Source: Yuukianura sp. NJ FZ-2021
Lineage: Eukaryota
Direction of reading: 5' to 3'
Length of the DNA: 64,000 nucleotides
Assembly: GCA_046563655.1 (NCBI GenBank)
Contig: CM102286.1
Coordinates: forward strand, 15,066,001-15,130,000
The notes under the pieces were generated by a model, which saw only the letters and a list, made by a program, of their open reading frames with translations, did no database searches and was not told the origin of the DNA. A program made the position numbers and the translations under genes. Positions 49,865 through 61,107 of this stretch are shown piece by piece; positions within the stretch are counted from its first letter, which is position 1, and each line of letters starts with the position of its first letter.

Positions 49865-51497
49865 TCAAACTTCTTTTGAATCACTGATTTCTCCCGCCGA
49901 GTCAAACAAATTTGTCAAAGTTGATTCAAAATTGTCTACAAATCGGGAAAAGTCGGTTTCTTTTTCAAATAAATTTGACATTGCGGTGAGAGTGATGTTG
50001 AACATTCCGTTGTACATCACAATTACAACAAAGAAGAGCGGGTGATTGTTGGTAGGAAGTATGCTGATGAAGAAGTCTTCTACCAAGTGCTTGTCGAAAA
50101 AGCGACATGCCCCCGCGGGGCCGGGAGTGTTTGAAATCAAGACGGCATCAAGGTCAGAAGGTTGCACAAACAACTTCTCAAATACCACATACGGAAAAAG
50201 CGTTCCGAATTTGAGAATGGCGGCATTCAGTTTGGGTGAAACTGAGCTCCTGGCTGTGGCCAATCCCTTCCGACATTGCTGCATTCTCTGGTTCAAGGTC
50301 ATTGACCCCAAAGGAATGTTCACAACTCCTAGCATGCTAAAAAACAAAAACGAAATAAAAAAAGTGAACAAAACGAAAAAAAAGTTATAAAAAAAAGTCA
50401 GACAGACAGACAGACAAAGTCGTATCAACAGTCTTCTTCAGCATGCAAAAAGATGTTTTTTTTTTAAAGCCGCCTTACAAATTATTTCCAACTGCTTCCG
50501 TTAGAGCTGGCGGTGGAATGGTGAGATTGATGGATGTCGTTTTGAGTCCGATTTTTCCTAAATTTGTTTCGCTCATTGCATAAGACAGTGCAGTCAAAAT
50601 TGATTCTGTAAACACAATTCCATGGGCTTTGAGCGATTTGAATTTTTGAACAGGAATTTTGAGCGGGAATTGAATAAGGGGTCCTCCGGTAGTTTTCAAT
50701 TCTGGCGGTATAGTTCGAGATGCTCTTTCGAGAAGGAATTTGCGTGGAAGTCCAATTGTGTTGCCATAGAAACTGGCCAGAGATTGGGCAAAGGTCATTG
50801 ACCTTTGAGGGTCCGACGTCACGGTTGACGGAAGTACAGGCGTGGTAGCACTTCCTGGACAACAGTGCTTAACCATTTGCAATCCGCTGAGTCCATCCAT
50901 TTGAATGTGGTGAAAACGGTGTAGCAGAAACGTTTTATTTTGGCCATTGTAGTTGGGAATGAGCTTAATGCTCCAAAGGGGCGCATTTGGCGCGAACGGA
51001 GCGTCCGTTTCGCGCCTCAGAAAATCCGCAACAGAATTGTCGTCAAGTGAAATGTTAAGCTCTCGAATATGATTTCCTATTCGAAAATTTTTAGCCCGTG
51101 CCAAAAAAATAAAACCGAACTTCCTCACTGGTTTTTTCAAAACTCGTTCAAAAATCAGCTGACCCCTTGAGTTTCGCGCTTCCAAAACACTTTTTTGAAA
51201 ATTCGATTGAAATTCACTTTCGCCTAAATGTCCTTCGATAATTGCACTTGCGAGGACGGTAGTCTGCGGGTTTGCATGAAAATCACCTTCCCCCTCCGAT
51301 GCACAGATGAAAGCCTCCCCTGGACCGATGAACTCCATGGACCAAGACCGATAAAAAGTCGACACAAAACCAGCGACAAAGAGTTTCCAGAGTGCAAAAA
51401 CAGCGACAACCGGACAAATGAGGACAGCACACAACAAAAACAAGACAAAAACAGTCACGTCCTTCAAAACGTCAAAAACACCTCTGAAGATCGTCAT
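49865..51497 (-). CDS. Wax-ester synthase/DGAT-like O-acyltransferase (HHxxxDG condensation fold), 2 exons
   Basis: N-terminal hydrophobic segment, PFAPNAPLWSIKLI, catalytic HRFHHIQMDGLSG, AVGN motif, LISNTPGP, YNGMFNITL C-terminal motifs. Confidence 0.8.
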
Positions 51498-52606
51498 TTT
51501 TAAAAAGTTGAGCTGCGAAGTGGCCCAGAATTCAAAGGAAACTGAAATTCACGTTCGCTAAAATCTGCCTAATTTATCACTTCTCGTGAAAAATGAAAAA
51601 ACCCACGAACACATTTTGCATCAATTTGTGAATTTCGCCATGTTTTTTCAAAGTGAATTTCACAGGAGTTCTTTGTGTTTGGTTCACAAGGTTTTACAGA
51701 ACTTTGGGAAATTCTATTAACTCCAATAAATCATACTAATTAGCTTAACTATTTTTCTAACTAACTTTCACACGCTAATGAAGGTTAACCCTTGACTTAA
51801 ATTACACAAAAAAGAACATTCAAAAGTAGCAGAAATTCCACATTTAAAACAATACTGATTAAATTCCTAATTTAGTTCCCACACTTCTGCCTTTTAATTA
51901 GTTTTCCAATTAATACAAACAACTTCCAGCCAAGCACGTGCAGAAAACGTTATCAGGTTTTTCCAAGTAATTTACTGCATAATTAAACTCAAAATTTCGA
52001 AAAATGTTAAACGATTATGACACGATTTCAGTTGGTGGAAATGACCTTGAAGCGGTCATGACGCGGCGTTTATTTTTTAATGCAAATAAATCTATTAGTT
52101 AATTATTTTTGAGGCTGTTTGTAAGTAAATGAGGTCAAAGGTTAACGATTTTTGAACTTAAGAATTAAGTTAAAACTGTTATTGTTTTTAAAAGGTTTAT
52201 GACACGCCGTAACGCCAAGCGAGACAAAAAGTTAGAAATTTCAAAGGCGCCAAAGAGTTCGAATTTTTTGATGACACTTTATTTTTGTGCATGTCACATG
52301 TTCTTATATTTTGGTGATTGTCATTCAAGTTTTGCTTGCAACTGCAACTACTAACTAAAAAGTAAACCGCAACAACGCATTACAATTAGTTAGTCAAGAA
52401 AGCAGATTAATTGCGGCAATTTAGTCCAAGGACGAGGTTTTCGCACAAGACAAGGAAATTACTCAGACTTCCCATCATCCCGTTTATTGTTCAAGTCCTG
52501 TGGGAGCAAATGTAAGTTTGTACAATTTTGTGAAGTTAGTTACTAATTGTGATTAAACTTAACTATCCCATCACTTGTCATTTGTGTTCCAGGGTTGTTG
52601 GCCACC

Positions 52607-53943
52607 ATGGTTTTGGTCCTTGTCATTTCACTGGTTGCCGGAATGGTTGCCATTGTAGCTTACATCAAATTCTTGCGATATGGTTCCTCTAGGGAGGTCA
52701 TTATGAATTTGTTTTGTCACTTGCAAGGAAGGAAGCCTCGCTGGGTACGAGATCCAGTCATGGCCCTTAAGGTTCTCCAGTCTTCGGGGGCCAAGGGCAT
52801 CGGCATTGAGAATCTAATCAGTTGCCAAGCATTTCTGCCAGTACTGTCTCTGGAGTCAGTGGATGGAGACCAATGGAGTCGCATGAAGAGGAACTTTTTA
52901 CTATTCAGAGCCCAGTTGCCACCACTGCTTGACTTGGCCGGCATCACTTCATCAATCTGTAAACAGTATTTGGCCAAGGAGGAAGTGATTGACAGTCCGC
53001 GTCTGGCCCAGATCATCTTCTACTCTATGCTCAAGTGGATTTTTGATATTGACGGAGCCGATCCTTCCACTTTTGACTTTGTACTTGCAGCCATCTCTGA
53101 GTGGAGAAAGGAATTGGCTATCAAGAACAAGGGTAAGATTTACAGATTTCGCACATTTAGGTGAATGTACTTCGATTAATTGAATGTATTTTTCATAAAA
53201 CAGCTGATTGGACGCTGAAACTGAAAGCAGTTGATTGGATCAAGAAGCTGCTCAGAAGTTCAAAGTATGAAGAACTGTTTGGCGACAAGTGGGAGGACCC
53301 CGAGTACTGGTCAATCGTCCTCCAACCATTTTTCATCAGTCCAATCATCAACATTACTGACATCGCAGTAACCCTCAAATCAGAGCCCTTCAGAAGTCAA
53401 CATCTCAAGGGCTTTAGTCCCTGGAACGAACAACTATTGGTTACAGCCATCAACCTCAACCACCCATTTCCAGTACTGGAACGATGGTTTCCCGATGGAC
53501 TCACCGAAAATCAGTCTGGAACTACTAAACCCCATTTCATAATCCAACCAAACACTCATGTATTTATGCCGATGGACAACATCGGGAGGGAGCTGTGTCA
53601 CAATACAAGTACTTCTTCCTCTTCCAGTGCTTGGGCAGCATTTGGAGCTGGGAAGAGAACATGTGCTGGACGGGACATTGCATTTACTCTGTCATCCTCA
53701 CTGTTTCAGCATTTGGTGACTTCTGACAAATTCCAACCAATGGAGAACCACTTTTACTCTGGGAGGGACAATGACTCAAAGGAGTCCCTTGCGGAGTCTC
53801 TCTTCCAAGTACAACTTCTGTTCACAATCAGCTGGAGACTGATACGCAAGCGACTCAACTTCAAAACTCCATTTACACGTTCGTCATACTCTCAACTGGC
53901 TTCCAATGAGCAAAAGTTTACAAATTCTTCCCTCCTTCTCTAA
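52607..53943 (+). CDS. Highly divergent cytochrome P450-like protein (~420 aa, 2 coding exons)
   Basis: Kozak GCCACCATGG, N-terminal anchor, DGDQWSRMK (WxxxK), HPFPVLER, heme motif FGAGKRTCAG; no ExxR, PERF or AGxxT motif. Confidence 0.8.
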
Positions 53944-54248
53944 AGTGACATCCAGCAGTCCAAAATACTCGTACCGTATTTTCCCAAATAATACACCCGG
54001 TGTACTAATTTTGTTTTCGACTTCTGGGGGTGGTGTACTGTTAGGGACCTGGTGTACTATTAGGGACGGTGTATTAATTCTTTTTTCCAACAAGCATATT
54101 ATTTTTTTACTAACCTCTCATTGAAATTACGCAAGAAATATTCGAATTTTGCTTGCAAAAATTTTAAAGAAGCCTCTAAATGATGTGTATTATGTAAAAT
54201 TACTTGTGTAGGAGCAAGATAGAAAGAACACTAATGTTTTTTCTGTTT

Positions 54249-54440
54249 CAGTGTTGGTGGGTATCCACTTTTTGAGCACTTCGTCCAGGATATATCCACT
54301 GGATAAATGGATAAATCCGGATGAAATCCAGTTTCAGACAGACGAAATTGAGTTTCGTCCGAAAGAAACCAAAAAAATCCGGATATATCCACCACTTTTG
54401 AGGGAAGTGGACGAAATATTTTATCCATCCACCAACACTG
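54249..54440. mobile_element. hAT-like MITE (nested)
   Basis: TIR cagtgttggtgg/ccaccaacactg with internal atccac/tggat motifs; no intact target duplication. Confidence 0.55.
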
Positions 54441-54680
54441 TATTTAATTAAATATAGCTAAACTTTTCCAGTAGGCATATACTCAGAGTTGCTGGTAATC
54501 GAGTTTTTCGATATTCGTCAATGGGTGCGCATATCAAGAGACGGTTTAAAATGTAAATAAATTATTTTATAATAGTTAACTTAGATTTATTTGAACTCCG
54601 CTGAATTTTTAATTTGTTGCATTTACCGTCCACTACAACCCCATTTATTCTACTGGATATCCGGATGGATTAAGCCACTG

Positions 54681-55670
54681 GGGCCCAATTATGATTGAGA
54701 GTGACAGGGAAAGTTACCCGAAAGTGACACCTTTTTAACTCCAAATCTGCTAACTCTAACTACGATTCAGAGTTCACACCAACTCCACAGTTACCCCTGC
54801 ATACTCCGACGAAACTCCAGATACACCCTATCGGAACCCCTCACTCACACTATTTTAACCCTTTTTTACAAATGTTGATTATGATCCGGATCATCATACT
54901 CTAAAATGACCCGAAAAGTTATCCTGCTCTTAGAGGGTTCAGTGGGGGTAAAGTTCCAAAAACATTTCGAATTAATTGCTTCGGAATCGGTTGTTACTAC
55001 GTAATTCCAATATTAAGACCCTGCGTGTCAATGCCAGTGCAGCTGTGCCAACGCCGCAGGGTCATCCATCACACTTGGGTCATTTTATAGCTCATCTAGC
55101 ATGGTATAGTCTGAACTCGAAATAATTTCTAAAACGGGGTCGCTATGGTATCATGGGACTAATCGTTCATACACCCATTGCGACAAATTTAACTTAAAAC
55201 ATGATTGAAATGCATTTACATGAGCTCTCAGTGACTAAACTATGGAAAGCAACTAAATTTAGGAAATAAACGTACTTGGTAGTCATAAACACACCGTAGT
55301 GTCAACCCCTGACCCATGAGGAGTGGCAACGCCTACGGTGTGTCTGGATTCTGTGAAAGAATTGCATCTTAACGTTTTTTCAATACTTTACACCTTATGT
55401 CGATGTTAGAACTGATGTTGTAAGAATCAAATCAAGAACAGCTGACCGGGACTTATTTGATTTGAAGTTTGAATGCGGCTTGTTTGTTTATGTTTTTAAA
55501 ATTTGGAGTTAGCGCGGAGTATAGAAAGTGTAAAGCGGAAACTCCAAAGTTACACTTTTCGAAATTACTCCAAAAAAGTTCGTAATCGGGGGTAACTTGA
55601 GGAGTAATCAAGGGGTAAACGCTTTACCCCAAAAATACCCCAACTGTCACTCTCAATCGTAATTGGGCCC
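54681..55670. mobile_element. PIF/Harbinger-like MITE (nested)
   Basis: 27-bp TIR gggcccaatta(t/c)gattgagagtgacag and 3-bp duplication CTG (54678-80, 55671-73). Confidence 0.8.
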
Positions 55671-56426
55671 CTGGATGTTTACGCATATAGCAACACTGGG
55701 CATACTCCTTGGGTGTATTACCAAAGACCAAATACCCGGTGTACTATTGGAGACCCGGTGTACTATTTGGGACGGTGTACTAATTAATTTTTGGGGCCCC
55801 GACCCCGGTGTACTATTAGGGACCCGGTGTACTATTAAAGTACGGTGTACTATTAGGGAAAATACGGTAAGTGGAATTGTCTGACACAGACACTATCTCC
55901 CGTACCTTAGGTTTAGGCATGCTGATGCTAAAGCCTGCAGGATCTTATTGTGAAGAGACGCTAAAGTGCGAATCTCACTTTTGGAGGCATATCATTTCGA
56001 AACGTACCGCGAAAACGCGTAGATTCTCGGACTTTTTGTTTGTTTTGTTTTATCTTTACTATTTTTGTCCAGTCATGGTTTTACGCACCAACAGATAACG
56101 TTTTAGCTTGAAACTTTGAAGTTGAAACTTTAAAATTAATAAGCTTTCACTGGTGCGGTGTTGGTGAATTGAACAATGTAAAGTTGAGTGGCGTGACAAG
56201 GACAAGGTCAACTGGTTTATTACGTTTTCATAAAAAGATTTAAATCTGATTTATTCTGACTATGGGAAAAACTAAAGTTAATTTGGCTTCTAATTGCAGG
56301 TGGTGTACATTATTCTGTGATGTCTGCATCGTCACTCCGATTCCGACGATTGGCCATCTCCTACCAACACAACTTCGCGAATGCCGGAGATCTCTGATTT
56401 ATTTCATCTTGATTAATTAATCACAA

Positions 56427-57113
56427 ATGGAACCCAGTGCCAGAAATGATCGTCTGTACAAATATGGATTTGGATCCGTCCGTCTTCTCTTCCTCTTCAT
56501 CTCCCTCCTGTCACTCCTCCCGCACTTTGGATCGTCGTCACTAACGATCGACTGGAAAACGTTCTTTAGCTACACTTCTTTCGGAATCGGTGGAGCTGTG
56601 CTCAACCTTCACGTTCTATCAAAACGTTTTGAATTCGTTATCCTCGCAATGCTAATTATTAGTTTTCTGACTCAGCTGATCCTGTCCTCCGGTGCTGGAC
56701 CAACCGTCCTCGTCATGTACGGTGTCAAGACGATAGTTGGAGATGGACTGGCGGGGAAGTTGGATCGAGCGGTGTGGTGGCGATCTCTGGCGATTGTGCT
56801 TGTCCTCTGGACTGTCCTCAGTACCTACTTATCTGTAGTTCCTGATTTAGTTAGTGTAGGTCAGTGGCTCAGCGCCAATTCACTTGTATTTCTGTCCCAC
56901 CTACTGGCTCACTGGCTGGTTGAGGTGGGAGACAACGTATACGTTCGAGTGACGTTCTTTAGACACCGTTACTCATATGAAGTGCTAGTCTTAGTCCTCC
57001 TCGTCAATCCAAGTCCACTTAGTGTTCAGTTAGTTCTAGTCGACATGCTGGCATCTCTTAGCTATAGACTTACAAATGCTCTATGTACATTTCTATTTTG
57101 GACCACCAAGTAA
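56427..57113 (+). CDS. Orphan polytopic membrane protein (228 aa), intronless ORF
   Basis: ATG-initiated ORF with about 6-7 hydrophobic segments and a polar motif EVGDNVYVRVTFFRHRYSYE; family not recognised. Confidence 0.6.
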   Translation: MEPSARNDRLYKYGFGSVRLLFLFISLLSLLPHFGSSSLTIDWKTFFSYTSFGIGGAVLNLHVLSKRFEFVILAMLIISFLTQLILSSGAGPTVLVMYGVKTIVGDGLAGKLDRAVWWRSLAIVLVLWTVLSTYLSVVPDLVSVGQWLSANSLVFLSHLLAHWLVEVGDNVYVRVTFFRHRYSYEVLVLVLLVNPSPLSVQLVLVDMLASLSYRLTNALCTFLFWTTK

Positions 57114-57364
57114 AAGTACAACATTAGCGCCATCTTGTTTTTCGGTTCAATTTCCTTTTTCAGTACTTTTGAAAGCGCATCGTTGGAGATATTTTGGATT
57201 TTAGGCTTATTTTGACTTCGGTTGCTTAGCAACACGAATTTTTCATGTAGATTCTCAGGAGGGCATACTTTTTTGAGCAGAATTTTGGAACATAATTTCC
57301 GAAATTTCATTGATCAGTTTTGGTTTTGAATTTATTTTGGGAATTTAGTTGCAGTTTTTAAGAT

Positions 57365-60300
57365 ATGGAGTTGAATTTGAGTCGAATGGACTATTTCCAT
57401 GTGGGGCCATCGTTTCCATCTTGTGTCAAAGTGCTGCCACAAAGTGGCAACCTCAAGGAACAGGACAAGGTATGCACTAACATATTTTATATTATTATTA
57501 AATATACATTTTTAATACGATTTAGTTGTAAATGATTTAGATTGTGATTGGAAATCGGGATGGCGTTGTGCAAGTGATGGGCTGGAAGAAGCATGAGGCA
57601 TTTCCAGTGGCCAGAATTCCCATTCCAGCTCCAGCAGTCAGTTGTCTCCAGTTGGGCGGAGCCTTGGGTAGGTCAAAGGTCACTCTAAAATAGACACATT
57701 ACTTTACTTTTTTTTGTTTTTGTTTCCAGGAACTGTTAAAGACAAGATTTTCGTTTCCTCTGGAACGACAGTGCGAGGATTCACGAAGAAGGGCAAGATG
57801 TTTCTCGAATTTGACACCAAACTGCCAGAACCAATCAAATTCATGTAAAAACTAACATGAATTAATCATTAAATTGTGTATTAATTAGTTAATTAATTAA
57901 TTACTTTTGATTGTTCAGGTCAGTGGCGGGAGGTCATTTGCTTGTGAGTGGAACCAACGTTTGCACCCATTTTGAAGATTGTCAGGAAACTGGATTTTAC
58001 GTGTCAGATGAAAATATCAACGCAATTCTCGTTTTGCCACTTGAAAAGGTAAGTAAAAAATTTAAATTCAAAATTAAATTTCAAAATTGACATTTTATTT
58101 TGATCAGGTGAAATCCTTTGTGCCTGTTTTGGCGTGTCAAGATCGGAGACTGCGGATTTTGGAACGCGGGAAATCGAAGTTCAGTTTAAATTTGCCCGCC
58201 ATTCCGACTGCTCTTGCGCTGTTTAACGGAGATGGCGGTGACTCTGGGTGGGAAATCATCTTCGGATCACTCGAAGGGAAATTCGGATTTGTCAAAGTCT
58301 CACCGTAAAATTTCAAAATTCCTTCAAAATTGTGTATTTTTGCAATGAATTTTCGTTTTTGTTTCGTTTTTAGGAGTGATGGAGAGGTGAAGTGGGTGGT
58401 TGAGGGAGAAGGGAATGCTGGGGTGACTTGTATGGATTTCTATGACTTAACTGCTGATGGAAACAAAGAATTGATTGTTGGATTTGACGATGGAAGTGTC
58501 AAAGTGTACTTTTTTGACACCTCTCCCACCGTCACTCCCGTCCTCGTGTTTAGTCAGTCGTGTCAGGAGAGCGTCACGGCAGTAGTTGGAGCCATGTTTG
58601 CAAATTCTGGATTCGAAGAAGTACTCGTCGTCACTTACTCTGGTTCGCAATTTTGAAAAATTTCAAAACAAATTGATGAAAGTTTCAAAATTTCGTGTTT
58701 TTTGGTAGGCTGGGTTCTTGGATTTTCGACAGAGACGAGTGACAAAAGAGTTCATGTTGACGATGGGATGCTCAGTATCTCAGATGATACTAAACACAAA
58801 CTGTTGAAGCTGAAGTAAGTCCGCTTTTCAAAAAAAAAATTTAAATTTAATTAAAGTTTTTAAATAAAATGTTAATTAATTTGGAAAGTAAAATTTTTAT
58901 CTCTGAAACTGAAACTTTTTGAATTTTGTAGAGGTGAAATCGATGAACTGCAGACGAAAGTGAATCGAGAGAGGGACAAGTATGAAAAGGCGTCTCAAAA
59001 TAATTCAAATGGATTCATTGCCATTCCTGTCTTTACGGTCAACGACAAGGTCAAAAAACATCAGAAAAATGTTGTCAGAAATTTATTTGGAGTAATTAGT
59101 ACTTAATTAGTTTGGGCGATGGGTTTAAAATTGCTCTTTTTTTGTTAGATGGTGCTGAACCCTGAAGATGCTTCGTATCTTCTCACAATTGAAGTGGAAT
59201 CGCCAATCGATACGATCTTGATCCAGAGGTAACTTTTAACTTCCCCGCTCAAAATTAAAAAAATATTGGAATTTTTTCTACTTTTCAGCGACGTACCAAT
59301 TGATTTGCTGGATGTTGAAAAGAATTCTGCCGTGGTCAGTTTCAGCCAATGCGATCCAGAAGTTAGTTTAAAATTAAACGTTTAAAAACTAAAGTAAATG
59401 GCTTAGTAAAATTCTTTTATTGGCGCATGCGCAGAGTGGAAATTTCCTGTTGACGACATTCCGATGTCAAGCGAACACGACGAGAATCGAAGTTCGTCTG
59501 CGCACTATTGAAGGCCAGCATGGCTCCATCCAGATCTACATCACTCCACGCATTCAGCCGAAGTGCTGCCAAGTGAGGTCATTCCCCATTCGACCTCTGT
59601 CGCTCCACGTTCGCTCTCACTCATTTGACCCCAACAGGTTAGGCCATTCAACACAAAAATTCTAAGTTTTTTCCAAAAGTTTCTAAAATTGTGCTGTTTA
59701 GACCGTACAACACGCTGAATCTGAGCGGAACTTTTAGCTTTGCTGAGATCCACTCGTGGCTCTGCTTCTGCATTCCTGAAATGCCTGATCGAGTGCCCTC
59801 GGGCGAAGAAGCTTCTTTCACTTTTGTGTCATCGTTCCTCGATACTCTACTGCACTGCAGCTACAAGTAATTCTCTACAATTTAATTATATTTAGTTAGT
59901 TTAATTATTCTTAATTCATTTTAATGCTTTTTAATATTTTATATTTAATTAACAGAAGGGGAGAAGCCCAGTTCAAGTCGGACAATGTGTCAACCATCTC
60001 AATTCTCAAGGAATTCTTGAGCAAGGAGGCTGCCAAGAGAAGAATCAACCTCCAAATTGAATACGGTACAAACTGGAAACAGCAAAACCTAACATTTTGT
60101 AATGTTTTTATTATATTTATTATTATATTTTAATTATTTTATATAGAATTCAATGAAGAGAGTGTTCTTCACACTCTGCAACTCATAAGACCAAAGTTAG
60201 AGGGATATTTGACCGTGGCAAAACAAGTAATTCCACAAAAATTGCTATTTTACAAATTTTTTTCTAAAAAGTACAAGAATGCTTCTCATTCTTGCCCGGG

Positions 60301-60850
60301 CTTCGCCGCAAACAATTTTTTCTTAATTTTTTTCTCAAAAAGGGTTCATCTTTCCTTGATTTCCGAAAAGTTCAGAAAGCCAAAGTTCAAAAAATGCAAA
60401 GAGGGCCCTTGATGTTGTTGCCTCATCTAATCTAGAGGGCCCTTGATGTTTTGTAGGTGTCGTTGATTGATCCCTTGAAGGAAATCCAAACACATGACCC
60501 CGAAGTGGAGGAAGTTCTGTCGTCAGAGTACAAGTACATTCTGGAAAATGCAGAAAAACTGAAGGCTTTGCTCAAACGACAACCTTCTTATGTCAACCGC
60601 CTCTATGGTACCACTAACTCTTAATTATTATAATACAATTAATTATATTATAGTATAGTGATTATTATATATTTTCATATTTGTAGGAATGATCACTGAT
60701 CTGTACATTGACAAGCACAAGTACAGTGGGCTCAATGTCAAAGGTCGAGTTCCTCTGCTCATGGAAGTGCTGGAGAGAGAGGACTTTGATTCCTTGGTCG
60801 ATTTTTTCCAGAGTCCACCCACCGCCAATCCCAGCAGTCGACACAAATAA
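57365..60850 (+). CDS. BBS7: Bardet-Biedl syndrome 7 protein, many short exons
   Basis: [14 protein letters not shown] start, [90 protein letters not shown]. Confidence 0.95.
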
Positions 60851-61107
60851 ATAAAATAAAATTCTGCTTTCTCCAAAAAAAATCGTTTTCTGAAAATTTT
60901 GAATGAAAAAAGCTGTGGTTAACCACAAAGTTTAGTTTACCGGTGGCCGTTTCCTGTTTCCTACAATTTTGGTTAAAAGCATCAGTACAATTTCGGAGTT
61001 AACTTTTATATTGATTTTAACACTAAACTGACAATATCGGTGCCTCTACTTAAATTTTCTTTGAAAATCAAATTCCTACAAAAGAGGAGTTAAAAGTCTA
61101 ATTTTTA

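Larger units (their letters stand above)
53974..55867. mobile_element. Tc1/mariner-pogo-type non-autonomous element carrying nested MITEs
   Basis: TIR ccgtattttccc.aata.tacac at both ends, TA on both flanks (53972-73, 55868-69), repeated subterminal ggtgtactattaggga motif. Confidence 0.85.

Noticed and set aside
60290..60450. Helitron-like gggcttcgcc hairpin and duplicated agagggcccttgatgtt in a BBS7 intron
   Set aside because: Too fragmentary to define an element.
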